Assembly: GCF_006345805.1 (NCBI RefSeq) | Contig: NC_043004.1 | Span: 107,198,001 to 107,262,000 of the forward strand | Length of the DNA stretch: 64,000 bases | Reading direction: 5' to 3' | DNA from: Octopus sinensis | Taxonomy: Eukaryota | In this document: in pieces, positions 12,240 through 25,935 of the stretch | Layout of the letters: each line of letters begins with the position of its first letter | Position numbering within the stretch: the first letter of the stretch is position 1 | Program-made: the position numbers and the translations under genes | The notes under the pieces: generated by a model | Databases searched by the model: none | The model's input: the letters and a program-made list of their open reading frames with translations, nothing else | Told to the model about the DNA's origin: nothing

Positions 12240-13010
12240 TGGACAAGTGACAGGCATACCCTAAATTCCTCCTATAGTGTTTGAAGCAATGACCTGTACC
12301 CATTCTTGATTGTGTACATAGTAGAAAAACCAGTTTAACAGAGATATGAAACTGAGAACGGAAGGAGTGCTTTAAGTGCATGCATTGTGATAATGGAGGT
12401 ATTCCTGCTAAACGCAATTAGGAAGTCTCTCCAAGAGCATCACCATTTTAATTCTACGTGATTTCTAGAATTACACTTAATGCAAATGGATCACTCAATC
12501 CATGAAGGTACATCAAGTGAAAAAAGATACTTTTCAATATTTTTACTAAGTAGTGACAAACTTTGCAGAATTAATTCAACACGATTTTTTTTTTCAGTTT
12601 TGAAGATTTTATCAGCTCTTCTTTTTTCAGTCAGATTTTTCTAAAAGTTAGTTGTTCCTTAAAAAAATAATTTTGTCAGTAAAAATCATTTTTATCAACG
12701 AAGAATATTTTCATTCTTTCTCTGCATATTTTTGTTGTATTCAATGCATTGAACAGCTGAGAATAAAGTTTTATAACATCACACCTTATCACTAAACAGA
12801 CAAGCCAGTTCAGACTCTTCAAACATGAAAAGCAGAATGTTCTTCCTTGAATTCAAAAAACTTTGATAGCACTCTTTCGTTTGAGATAACAGTCTCACTT
12901 TTGTATGCAATAGAAGCTGTGTAACTAGCTTTCATGGAAGAGCAGAGTAAGAAAAACAACCTCAATTTTAATAGCCAACTCAATGTAATTAACCATTTTA
13001 ACACTTTCAT
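12240..13010 (-). mobile_element. hAT transposase remnant (Buster/Charlie/ZBED5-like)
   Basis: Minus-strand frames give SNERVLSKFFEFKEE (compare WLSRGKVLxRxFEL) and ALKALLPFSVSYLC*TGFSTMYTIK...EEFRVCLS (hAT C-terminal dimerisation motif). Stops and frameshifts are present. Confidence 0.75.
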
Positions 13011-13799
13011 TCTTTTAATATTTCTGTTTTACGTTTTTTAATTCAAAGATTGAAGATTTTGAAATTAAAGCTTCCCTGTGAAAGAAGCAATTTATAAAAT
13101 CAATAACTACTATAGACCAGAACCAACCAATACCTTGTCGGTGAATTTGGTAGACAGAAACTGTGTGGAGCCTGAAGAGTGTGTGTGAGTATATGTGTGT
13201 GTGTGTTCATGTGTATGTCTGTGTCCCTCCAACTTGCCCCAGCACTACTTGGCAACAGGTGTTGATTTGTGTACATTCCCATAACTTAGCAGTTCCAAAA
13301 AAGACACTGATAGAATAAGTACCGGGGTCAATTCACTTGACTAAAACCTTTCAAGGTGGTGCTCCTGCATGGCCACAGTCCAATTACTGAAACAAGTAAA
13401 AGATAAAAGAAAGAAAAGACAGTATAAAATTTAAGGAAGTTTTAACACCAGAAAACTTCAAAGCCATTTTCTTTTTATCAACGTTGTTACAATACCTCCA
13501 GCAGCCGGCATAGAAAACTATGCTATATACAACTGTTTGAGCACAAATAAATAAGTTAGGAAGACCAGAACTATTTTACTCAATAATTAACTACACTCTC
13601 GGAGTGGTTGGTGTTAGGAAGGGCATCCAGCTGTAGAAACACTGCCAGATCTGACTGGCCTGGTGCAGCCTTCGGGATCCCCAGACCCCAGTTGAACCAT
13701 CCAACCCATGCTAGCACGGAAAGCGGACGTTAAACGATGATGATGATGATGAGAGTTATTGATGTCATTGTGAAACCTAATTGAACTGGAAACTACAAG

Positions 13800-14090
13800 C
13801 ATGTAAAAAGGCTAACAGAGTGATATCAGAAGATCTCAGTTTAACTTTTGCCCCAAATTACATGTTTTCCCATAAAGTTCATCTTCTGTTACACTCTGTC
13901 AACTTTAGTCATGTGTTCACAGAAATGGGTTACAGGAATTCTTGTTCCATTGTGAAGTCCTTTAGCCTCATTAAAAATCTGCAAAAGCCCCACCACATAT
14001 TCTTCCTTTTTCAAAAGCTTTAGTTCGGGTGAAGCTTCTCAAACTCTCACATCATCTTCTCCAACCTTAATCATCTTCCTTCTGGCTCAT
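13800..14090 (-). mobile_element. Degenerate LINE RT N-terminal fragment
   Basis: Minus-strand translation GEDDVRV..LLQIFNEA...YHSVSLFTCL loosely matches the G.DG...LFN....YRPISLL region. Confidence 0.35.
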
Positions 14091-14944
14091 TTTTTATTTA
14101 CTTTTTTTGTTATAACATCTAATGTCTCTTTCTAGATTTCTTTCCAATGCTTTTTCTTTGTCTAGAATTCATCATCATTCAATGTCCACTTCTCCATGCT
14201 TGCATGGGTCTGACCTGTTTCCAAATAAGGTGATATTTCCAAAGGCCAAACATTTTTCACAGAAGACTGGAAACAATTGCTTATTTTACAAACATCATGT
14301 GATGTCAACAAAAGAATATATACACACACATGTACATGACGGGCTCCTTTCAGCTTCTGCAAACCAAATCCACTCACAAGGCCTAGGAAACACTCACTGA
14401 AAGTGCCACACAGTGGGACTGAACCCAAGCCTATGGTTGAAAAGCAAGTCTCTCAACCACAGTGCCACATCTGTGCCTATAATCTATATGTACACAAAAA
14501 CAAATGCTATTTAGAACTTGTACTAGAGCGTTCAATAGCAGTTAATAATATTGGTTAACAGTGTATCGTTGGTTAAAACTTAAACTGTCTCCTCTAAAAG
14601 CTATGATAGGGAAATGGTACAGTAATAAAAGCAAAAATTTCTTGACGCAGCAGAAATAACTCAGCAAGCAGAAATTATCTTCAAAGAGAAGAAAAGCAAC
14701 ATACATAAAGAAAGAATGATTTGTTGTTGTTGTTGCTGTGTTTATGTATATAGAGGAAAATGATCAAAAAGAATGTATTTATGATATAGATTTTTATGAA
14801 ATACGGGGTGTGGTGAATAAACTGTCATCTAAATTATGCATAAATGAAAATAACACTGACATTTCATTTTAACAGACAGATTTACCAAAATTACATACAA
14901 AATATCTTGAAATACTAAAAAGTAAATTTATTCAATAAAATCAC

Positions 14945-15275
14945 CATTGGCTTCAACCACGGCCTCCAGATGACTCCAGAACCTCCTGCAATTTTTCTGG
15001 GTAGATTCCTTGAGGCCGTGTGGGAAGATGAACAGAGGCATAATGTCGCCATCATTAATGACCACTCCAGACACCATGATGTTGACTGGATGGTTGATTT
15101 TTATCACTCTCAGTACATGTCCTCAAATTTACACCCAAACAGTGAGATGTTCATATTGGAGCTTCCGGCACAAATGCCAAGCAGTACAGCATGTCATTTC
15201 CAAATTTCTGGCAGAGTGAATTGCATCATGGTGCTGTTTTTCTCACAGACGATGCCCAATTATACTGTGTAGTCA
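14945..15275 (-). mobile_element. Tc1/mariner-superfamily transposase remnant
   Basis: Minus strand encodes HPVNIMVSGVVINDGDIMPLFIFPHGLK, a DDE-domain segment of invertebrate Tc1/mariner elements. Confidence 0.75.
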
Positions 15276-15606
15276 ACAAAATCAAAAACAAACAATGCGC
15301 ATATGTGAAATTATAAATTTAAAATGGCAACAATTTACCCATTGCACCTTGTATGTATGAAATATACATCATAACATTTCTACAAAAGACAAACCTGCCA
15401 TACATCATCATCATCATCATCGTCGTTTAACGTCCGTTCTCCATGCTAGCATGGGTTGGACGGTTCGACCGGGGTTCTGGGAAGCCAGAAGGCTGCACCA
15501 GGCTCCAGTCTAATTTGGCAATGTTTCTACAGCTGGATGCCCTTCCTAATGCCAACCACTCCGTGAGTGTAGTGGGTGCTTTTTACGTGCCACATACATA
15601 CATATA

Positions 15607-15663
<57 letters not shown>

Positions 15664-15690
15664 CATACATACACAAACACACACACACAA
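15607..15690. repeat. (AT)n/(ATAC)n/(AC)n compound microsatellite
   Basis: Direct reading. Confidence 0.95.
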
Positions 15691-15814
15691 TTATAAAAGA
15701 GCTAATAATAGTTTCATTCTTTAAGATACATTAAATTGTCAGACTTATGTAACATGCCACGTATCTCCAAGTAATCTTTCAGGTTCAGTTCGTAACATTA
15801 CATTTATGTGTATA

Positions 15815-15894
<80 letters not shown>

Positions 15895-17419
15895 CACACA
15901 CACACACACATGCACACATACACACATTGAGTACAGAGTAAATGAAATATAAAGATGAAAGTATCATTCTAAGGAATGAAGTATCAAGGTAAAACCTTTG
16001 ATTACTAGAAACCTGTCCCATTCCAACCCATCCACACACTTTCATTGAGTAAAAGAAATATGTCAGGCAAGAACTGAATTCAAATCATTGTTGAAGGTCA
16101 AGAGCAAAGCATTACACACACACTATGTTGTTTTAGTGATACAGCTATAAGCCATTAACAATTCAGTGACAAAAATACACGAAACCAGTCCAAACAGCTG
16201 TAGATTCTCAACAAACTCCCAGGATTTCTAAAATATCCCGACATTTTCCAGTTTGCCTCCAAAACACTTGCAGGTCATATGCATCTTACAAATGTGCCAG
16301 TGCATTGGTCAAAAACATTTGTTGTAGAGGTATTTCAGAAGTCCATATTTAAAAAAACAAACGGAGGGGCAGAGATTAATAAATCAATGGTTACAAAAGA
16401 AACTGCAATAATGAAATCACATCACAGCACTCATCATCATTTAACGTCCATTTTCCATGCTGGCATGGGTTAGATAGTTAGACAAGGGTTGGCAAGCCAC
16501 AGGGCAGCACTAGGCTCCAGTCATGTGTTTTGATATGGCTTCTATGGCTAGATGCCCTTCCGAACAGAGTGTACATAAATGTTGTTTCAAATTTTGGCAA
16601 CAAGACCAGCAATCTTAAAGCGAAAGGATTAATTGATTAAATCTATCCCCCAACTCTGCCTCAGCCACCTGGTACTTTATTATATTGATCATGAAAGGAT
16701 GAAAAGCAAAGTAGACTTTGATGGGATTTGAACCCAGAAAGTCAGATTTTATTCGGTTATGCTAATGATTTTGCAAGATCACTGCCTAAATATTAAAGTA
16801 TCAAAATACTGAAAACAATTTTAGCATTAGAATATAAAACCACAAGATACATGTTCACCTTCTGTAATAATCCTTTCTAATATAGGCACACGGCCTGAAA
16901 TTTGGGGGGAGGGGGGATTGTTGATTATATTGACCCCAACGTTTCACTGGTACTTAATTTATCAACCCCGGAAGGATGAAAGGCAAAGTCAACCTCGAGG
17001 GAATTTGAACTCAGAACATAGCCGAAGATGAAATGCTGCTAGACATTTCACCCGGGATGCTAACCATTCTGTCAGCTCACCACCTTAATAATGACACTTT
17101 CAGTCATGCCTTCACAAAATGGATTATTGACATTCCTGTCCCATTCTTAACCATACTGTATAACAGTATGGTTAAGAAGTTCATAACTGTGAACCTGCAT
17201 CCAAACCCATCAACACCTTGGGCTTTAGTTTCTCAGGTAAACAAATGCTTTATGAATAAAATTTAGGAGGTGGAAAAGGTGTGACAGAACGTTGCGTGCA
17301 ATATGTCTGAGTGTATACTAGGGTGAAACAGCATGTTTCCTTATGTTACTTTGCATCAGAATTTTGGCCCAGCATTTCCATTGTCTAATGATTGAAACCA
17401 GTAAAAGAATAAAAAGTTA

Positions 17420-17601
17420 CCAAAAGAGATGCAAATATGGCCGTGTGATAAGAAGCTTACTTCCTAATTACATGGTTCTGGTTTCAGTCTTATTGTATGT
17501 CTTATAAAAGCCACAGGCCAATCAAAGCCTTTTGAGCAGATTTGGTAGACAAACTGAAAGAAGTTCATTGTGTGTGTGTGTGTGAGAAAGAGAGAGAGAG
17601 A

Positions 17602-17662
<61 letters not shown>

Positions 17663-17880
17663 TGTGAGAGTGTGTGTGTGTGTGTGTGTTTGTCCCTCAT
17701 CCCTGCTTGAGAACTAGTGTTGGTGTGTTTACATTCCCATAACTCATCAATTCGACAATACACACCAATAGAATAGATACCAAACTTTAAAGAAATAAGT
17801 TCGGGGATTGATTCATTCAACTAAAGTTTCAAGGTGGTGCCCCAGCATGGTCGCACTCTAATGACTGAAACAAGTAAAAG
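17420..17880 (+). mobile_element. tRNA-headed SINE with expanded internal (TG)/(GA)n tract
   Basis: Family head and tail flank a ~120-bp GA/TG tract at 17570-17690. Confidence 0.8.
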
Positions 17881-19805
17881 AAGTGAAAAATAGGGGAACA
17901 GTCAAATCTCTCTCTCTCTTTCTCTCTCACCAACGGACATGAAATATATCAAACCAGTTTCTAATTAGAACTACTTCAACACATTATGTCTTTAAAATAT
18001 CATCAAGAAGGAAGCATTGCAGTCAAAGAGATATTCAAATGAATCATGACAAATATGGTAATGAACCGGTAAGTTTATTTTCTCCTCAACAACATATTCT
18101 GTCTTCTGAGCACAACTATGATGCCAGTCCAACTACACAGACAGCTCTTCGGGAATTATTAAAACTCCATCCGATTCAGTAAATAACTGAGAGGAAACAT
18201 TAAAATAAATCAACGAGACGGTCAGTACAAACTCTTACATCATATTCCATGTATTTAATCTTTTGTTGATAAATGATCTATGATTGAATAATTCAAACAG
18301 GTTTTTATTTTAAGTACATTGAAAAATGAAGACAAAAAATTTTGAGGGAAAAGGATAAAAATACAAGAACCCTGTGAGGCATGAATTACAATTCTTCATT
18401 TACAAATACAGGTTCCTCTCTTTGGGCTTGGAACCTGATGGTTCCAAAAGAAGGGGTAGAAACCTATGGAGAAAGAATGAAAATCATCATCATCATTTAA
18501 CACCCATTCTCCATGCTGGCATGCATTCAACAGGAGCCAGTGAGCCAGCAGACTACACCAAACTCCACTATCTGCTTTGGCACAGTTTCCATGGCTGGAT
18601 GCCCTTCCTAACACCAACCAAATTTTGAGATAATAGATACCAGTTCAGGAACACTGTTTGAGGATGACAAGAACAACTTTAAAACAATTTTTTTTTTTTT
18701 TTAGTTGAAGTGAGCAGAGTTTTCACATGATTATTTAACATCTGTTGCCCATGCTGGCATGGGTTGGACAGTTTGACAAGGGCTGGCAAGCTGGAAGGCT
18801 GTGCCAAACTCCAGTTTGATTTAGTATGGTTTCTACAGCTGTATGCCCTTCCTAATGCCAACCACTCCAAGAGTGTAATGGGTGCTTTTACGTGCCACCA
18901 GCATGGGTGCCATTTGCATGACACCAGTATCTGCCATGAGTGCAATTTTACTTGGCTTGATGGGTTGTCATTTGTCATTGCCTCCGTAAGGCCCAACACT
19001 CGAAAAAGCTTTTTACGTGTCACCAACAATGGCCACCTTGCCTCTGTGAGGTCCAACACTGAAAAGGTGCTTTTTACATGATAGTTGTAAATGATTCTCA
19101 CCCTGATGATGATGATGATAATGTGGCTTTTGCAAGATGAAGAGAAAGTCAGGTAAGCTTGTTGGAAACATTTTGCCAAGGAACCAGAAAGTCTAACTGC
19201 ATCTGGTCGGCAAAATAACTCGTAGACCATGCAATAGAGAGAAAACGATATTTTGCTTTCCAGATATCAGTTTTGCATGCATTGAGGTGGTGTTCATAGC
19301 GTGCAAAGCAGTAGTAATGCTGCGTGTGAACCAACTGTGAGTTTTGGGGCTGTATGTTTTATGTAAGGAATGTAGAGAGACATAATTAGAAGAATGTTAA
19401 GTAATTGATCAAACCCTTAACTGTTTCTATGCAAGGTAATATTACCCCATTACTAGACATGTTTTCAGACGATTGGAAATTACTGACACCACTTAGATGA
19501 TGGTCAGACTTATTTACAACTGTCATGTGAAATCAATGCAAGAAGACAGTAACACACATCAAAAGGTTCAAAAGTCTTCCTGAGCCATAGGATCATAAGG
19601 CTAGTTTTTCTAGATTATGTGGAGCATATATCCTCCCAGCCTCCAAATGAGGGTCCATCACAGGACCACTCATTTTTTTCCAGTTGAGCAGATTAGAGCA
19701 ACATGAAATAAGATCTGCTGAAGAACACAACACATCACCTGGTTCAGCAATCAAAACCACAATCTTATGATCATTAGTGCAACACCCTAACCACTAAGCC
19801 ATGTA

Positions 19806-19837
<32 letters not shown>

Positions 19838-20156
19838 CATCATCATTTAGTGTCAGCTTTCCATGCAGGCATGGGTTGAACAGTTTCACTGAAAACTGGT
19901 AAGCTAGGGAGCTGCACCAGGTTCCAATCTGATTTGGCAAGGTTTCTATGGTTGGAAGTCCTTCCTAAAGCCAACCACTCAGAGTGTAGTCAGTATTTTT
20001 TACATGCCACCAGCACAGGTGCCACGAACCTGACACTGGCCATGACTATGGTCTCACTTGGTTTGACAGGTCTACACAAACACAGTATATGCACCATCTT
20101 GATCACCTGTCATACATACACATACATACATACACACACACATCTATATATATATA

Positions 20157-20702
20157 TTGGGTTGTCCGGAAAGTTTGTGCCGATTTATAGTACCTTACCT
20201 TTCGACTTATTTTAGAACATGGTTGAGTCCATAAAATAGGATTTGACTACCCCTCCATTTAGAGCACCGTTTAAGCTATCTTTGTGTGGAAGAAGGTTTA
20301 TGTTCCTATAACCTGTGTTAATTTTGTAACCCTTTAAAATGGAAGATAAGAAAGTTCATCTTCGGCATTTGATGCTTTGGGAACCAGACAAAAATTGCTG
20401 CAGCTCAGCTGGGATGTGTTACTCTACCTTCCATATTCACCGGATATTGCTCCTTCGGATTTCCACTTATTCAGGTCTCTGCAGAATAGTCTTAATGGTA
20501 AAAATTTCAATTTCTTGGATGACATAAAAAGATACCTTGATGAATTCTTTGCCACCTCAGTTCTGGGAGGAGGGTATTTCCAAGTTAAAGGAAAGATGGA
20601 GACGCATTGTGCAACAAAATGGTTCATATTTGGTTAATTAAAAATGTAATGACAAATATTTATTTCCTTTAAAAATCAGCACGAACTTTCCGGACAACCC
20701 AA
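20157..20702 (+). mobile_element. Internally deleted mariner element, 546 bp, with intact TIRs
   Basis: 30-bp TIRs TTGGGTTGTCCGGAAAGTTTGTGCCGATTT (28/30 match), TA on both sides. N-terminus MEDKKVHLRHLMLW is joined to C-terminal TRQKLLQLSWDVLLYLPYSPDIAPSDFHLFRSLQNSL. Confidence 0.92.
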
Positions 20703-21649
20703 TATATATAAATATATATATATATAGTTCATATATATACATATATTCTTCTTGCAGTTTCTATCTACCAAATCCACTCACAGGGCTCTGGTTGGCTACA
20801 CCAGAAGACACTTGCCCAAGATGCCACACAGTGTGACTAAACCTGGAACCACGTGATTGGGAAGCAAACTTCTTGCCACACAGCCACATCTGAATCATGT
20901 AGTGAATGCATTGTTTTAGAAAAAGTCCATGTTACACTGAGTTTACAAATTTGCCATTTAGCAATCTGTAATATATAGGTCTGTTAAGCAATGCAAATAG
21001 TTCTGGATCTGATAAACAATACTGAAGTACAACTGCAACAAGTCTATTAAATCACTTCACAATACTTTTTTTTTTTATGAAATTATAAATTCCACATTTC
21101 TTAAGATTGCAATAATATTTAGAGAGAGATTGGTATCTAACTTAGTGATTAAGTTAATCCATTCTCAAATACCAGACCTATGCTTTAGTATTTAAAATGA
21201 TAAGTTGAGGGACAAATTGTCTTCCAGGATAGAATACTATTCCATTATAAGTAGTGTTTCTCTGAAGGTTAGGTACATAACTAAGATAAGTACAAGTAAA
21301 GAGCTGAAAGATAGATTAGCCTACATCTACTTAATGGTTGACTGGCACAAGTGGTATCTAACAATGACAAAAAAAATATTACCTTTACTGCTACAATTCA
21401 AGTGCATACTTCAAGTGTAACACCTCAAAAGAGCACCTGTACTTACTAAAATGAATGATTGATGTTGGAGTGTGGGTTCACTAATTAAGACACATGTCTC
21501 AGATTTTAAATAGTTTCCAATGATATGGAGAGCGAGAGTATGAACAATAGAGCAATTTGAAATATAATATTGCTGTTCAGACATACAGCTCTGAAAACTC
21601 AAAGGACTGTAACTAACCACAGTTTCAAACAGCAGTTGTGAAAAACCAA

Positions 21650-21900
21650 AAATGAGTCAGAGGAAACTTGTTTGTAAACCATTCAGCCCTGGTGACAGCA
21701 GTAACCGAATTTTATACAAACAATTCTTTGTTTTCTTAAATGCAAGGACCATATCTTTGGAGTCTAATGCCCCGAATATGTCTAGAGTTGGTCTCATAAC
21801 AAAGCCTATTAGCTGCACAGTCTCCATGTTGAACCCACCCATTATAAAAACTTCTTTGCTTCCTGCACCCACATTATGTTTATCTTTCAAAATGCTCTTC
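21650..21900 (-). mobile_element. Possible LINE endonuclease (APE) remnant
   Basis: EVFIMGGFN resembles the APE motif I.GDFN; the rest is highly degenerate. Confidence 0.3.
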
Positions 21901-22088
21901 TACTTATTACACGTAGACCTTAATTTCATGACACAACTCACTTCCGGTGAGAGAGAGAAAGAGAGAAAGTGTGCAAGTATGCATTTTCCTTCACTACACA
22001 AACTGTTGACAATTCTTGTCTAAAAGGGCCAACACAAACTACAAACAATGCCCTTCTCAAGAAACAACAATTAACAAAAAAGAAGATA

Positions 22089-22153
22089 CTGTTTATTATA
22101 ATAACACATTGGTTAAAGTTCAACTTTAACCAATGTGTTATTATAATAAACAG
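22089..22153. repeat. Perfect 65-bp palindrome (32-bp arms, 1-nt spacer)
   Basis: CTGTTTATTATAATAACACATTGGTTAAAGTT-C-AACTTTAACCAATGTGTTATTATAATAAACAG. Confidence 0.97.
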
Positions 22154-23328
22154 ACAGAATAACAATAAAGAACCTTATTCGTTATCAGAGCTGAAGGTCT
22201 TTTGACAGCTTAGGAATTTGAATTCAAACTAACCTTTAAAATATTAGGGATCAATGAAATAACTTGTCATGGGGCAGACAGAATTTGCTGAGGCAGATTT
22301 TCTACAGCTGGACACCCTCCCTGTTGCTAAACCTCACCTGTCTCCATGCAAGGTAATATTTCCCCATGGCTAGACATGTTCATCCAAAAGACTGGAAACG
22401 AACAACATTACTAGTGTGATGGTGATGCTCATGTGTCTCCCCTTGTCTTGAAAAGAGTGCACACATCACATACATCACACACATCACACACATAGAACAG
22501 GTTTCTTTCAATTTCCATCTACCGAGTCTAGTTACATTTTGATTACACTTGCCCAAGATGCCATGCAGTGGAACTGAACCGGAGAACACATGTTTGAGAA
22601 GCAAACTCTTAATCACACAACCATGCCAGTGCCTTTCAGCAGTTTTTCTGATTTTTTGGCAAGGTTGAATGATGAGGGCAAACTAGTGAGTATATACTGA
22701 AAGCAAAATTTGAATTCATGACCTTTGAATTAGTAGTCTAGCATCTTAACTATGAAGATGAAATTTATGTTCTCCTACTAAAAACATATGCACAAGAAAT
22801 GCAACAACTAATTAACAAATTGCTATTAAGTGCACCAGGTTACATAAAGCCTACAGTAGAGAAATGAAGATATTTAAGGGAAATAAACATATTTCAATTT
22901 TACTGCAAGATTAGAAAATAGGGCAGACTATGGGAGAAAAGTTTACCTGACTAGAAATTGACCATATCAAATTAGTAGACATAAGTGATGAAAATGGAGA
23001 TTAATTGCTTAATCTCATCAAGATTAATTACCATCATCATCAAAAATGCTAATTTTGAACTAGAGATCTAATTGTCTAGTTAAATCTTTTGGAGGTACAT
23101 CAGTATCATCACATCAACAAACCAGGTAGTTAACAATTAAATTTTGTGTTTGAAAAATGTTTAATCAGCAATGTCTGCCAATGACTGTGAAGTAAGAAGT
23201 TTTCACCCCAACCACATGGTGTTGAGTTCAGTGCTATTGTGTGGTACCTTAGGCAAATTTCTACGATAGCCTCAAGCCAATGAAAATCATGTAAGCGGAC
23301 TGGATAGGCAGAAACTGAAAGAAGCCCG

Positions 23329-23365
<37 letters not shown>

Positions 23366-24996
23366 CATGCATGCATGTTGTTGTCTCTTCGCTTTTGACA
23401 TCACATGATATGCAAGCTTCATTTTCTGCCTACAATGGAACTATATATGGTCATGTGAAAAACATTATTTTGAGCATCCACATGCAGAAAATTTGCCTCA
23501 GCTGATTCCGTCTGATCCATGCAAGCATGGAAAGTGGACGTTAAAACAATGATGATGATTCATAGGCATTAGATAAGTCTATGTGCATTCAAACTGCAGA
23601 TACACAAGTGTGCATTGTAGCTAAGAAGGAAATTTATAACTTACATAGGCAAGTTTATACAGTGGATAAGTTACTGGTCCAGTAATAATGGATCTCTAAC
23701 AATAAACATTCAGTTATTTGATCAACTGAAATATCTACTCATTAAATTTAGTGTGCAAGTGGCTGGACATGACAGACATAAACAGCCTTAATATGAGTTA
23801 CAAGCAGAACCAGCATAACAGTGTTACAAGGCTAGGCCTTCAAATTACAGATGCATTCTGTCCAACGGGCTTCCAACCCTATGTCACTCACAAGCATTGG
23901 TCAAGCCAAGACTATGGTAAAAGACATGGGACCAAGTTGCCACATCGTGAATTTAAACTAAAGGTCTTATATTTGCAAAGCAAACTTCTTAATCCATTCT
24001 CAACATCATTTCACCATGCTATGTCCGTAACCATTCTTGTACTGGCAGGTTTAAAAGCAGATCACTCTTTGGACTATTCCTAAAGTTCCATAATCTGATG
24101 GCAAGAGAGAAAAACAGACCAGACTTGCTTATTTTGTATAAGATGTATTAAATGTTACATCATTATGACGATGATTATGATGGTGGTCATTTTCACTACT
24201 TATTATTACTGGGAAGGCCATAAGGGTAGAGTCCTCAGGCACCTCTCATAGGGGTAGAGTCCTCAGGAATAAGAGTCAATAGGGTCTTATCAGAAGCAAC
24301 CACCATTGTAGATTCCCAAGCATGAGATTATAGATATTATCCAACCATCTCCTTTATGATCAACCCTTAGTTTTCCAACAGGTTGGCTTGGTTTGCAGAA
24401 TCTGTCTCGTGATCCTTTCTCATAACATTCAAGAGCTACCCAAGAATCTTGGATATATTACACTTTCAGAGACAAACATATAGTTACTTTCAAAATCAAC
24501 TCATTAAATATAGTTGTGTTTTAATTGCTCCAACTTATCAGTCATACTGAGATCTGCAGTTGACATTAATCATTAGAGTACCAGTTGATTATTCAAAGGT
24601 TTGGTGATTTGTATAGAGATTGCTAAGACAGTTAACTAAGACCATCCAAGCCTGAATAGAGCAAGTTATTATCACTTGTGAATTTAGCTCAAGCCCGAAA
24701 GAATTCCAGAACTCCAAAACATAAGATGGCTCATCCAGAACAGACTTGGATTTAAACCTGCCAAAGCAAGCATTCACACCAGGTCTCCAGCTTGAAGATA
24801 CCTTCCTACTTTTCTCCCACCACTCCTGAAAAGGATAGAAGTTGCACTTTCCTTCTATCTAAGTTTATATATATATATATTTATATAAATTTAAAATAAT
24901 AAGGGTGAAAAATTGAATATTAATTTGATTAATATCAATTTAAAACCAGTGATCTAGCATATTAAAATCTGCAGGTTCAGAAAATTATATTACATA

Positions 24997-25381
24997 CATA
25001 TAAGAGGGATGACTACAACGTGGACAACCCTTATGCTAGAAGTAGATCCGCTATGGTCTTACCACTAAGAAAGGAATGTTCTCAAGATAATTTAGCGAAT
25101 GCCAGAACGTAAGCAAGCAAGACAAATGAAAAGAAACAAAATTATAGATTAATCATATACATGTTTCCCTATCAACAATTATGCAATTTTACTTAAGCAA
25201 TTGTCTGTAGCTCTTCAGTATGATAGTGAAACATGTATATGATTAATCTATAATTTTGTTTGCTCACTTACGTTCTGGCATTTGCTAAATTTTTTTGAGA
25301 ACATTCCTTTCTTAGTGGTAAGACCATAGTGGATCTACTTCTAGCATAAGGGTTGTCCACATAGTGGTCATCCCTCATATA

Positions 25382-25384
<3 letters not shown>
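24997..25384. mobile_element. Foldback/MITE with ~165-175-bp inverted arms
   Basis: 24997-25174 is the reverse complement of 25221-25384, with a few substitutions and one ~15-bp indel. Both ends lie in TA-rich sequence. Confidence 0.9.
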
Positions 25385-25428
<44 letters not shown>

Positions 25429-25638
25429 GTATACGAGCGAGTGGATAAACGAAAGATGGGCACTCAACAAATTTATTAGGAGTTACATGTATGGATCAAG
25501 ACAGTTTGATTCAAATTTGTTGGTACTCTTGAGTTTGGCGGATGACTAGCATGACACTTGAAACTCAAGAATACCAACGAATCCATATATATATAAAATC
25601 ATCATCGTTGTCCTTTTCCATACTTGCATAGGTCAGTC

Positions 25639-25935
25639 GTGGAGGCGCAAATAGCCCAGTGGTTAGGGCAGTGGACTCGCAGTTGGAAGATCGCGGTTTC
25701 GATTCCAAGACCAGGCGTTGTGTGCGTTTATTGAGCGAAAACACCTAAAAGCTCCACGAGGCTCCAGCGACCCCTGTTGTACTCTTTTGCCACAACTTTC
25801 TCTCACTCTCTTTTCCTGTTTCTTGAGTAATGCTGTGATGGACTGGTGTCGCATCCAGCCGGGGGGAACACATATGTCACAGAAACCAGGAAACCAGTTC
25901 CATGAGCCTTGCTAGGCTTGAAAAGGGCAACGTTT
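25639..25935 (+). mobile_element. tRNA-derived SINE, second family
   Basis: A box TAGCCCAGTGGTTAGG, B box GGTTTCGATTCC. A related copy lies inverted at 28421-28715. Confidence 0.85.

Noticed and set aside
18679-19230. 183-aa minus-strand ORF, the longest in the track
   Set aside because: Runs through an RTE-3'UTR repeat and a (CAT)n tract; no protein-like signal.
25641-25720. tRNA-like sequence, also at 28640-28715, 57700-57760 and other SINE heads
   Set aside because: A and B boxes are present, but there is no complete cloverleaf and each continues into a SINE body.
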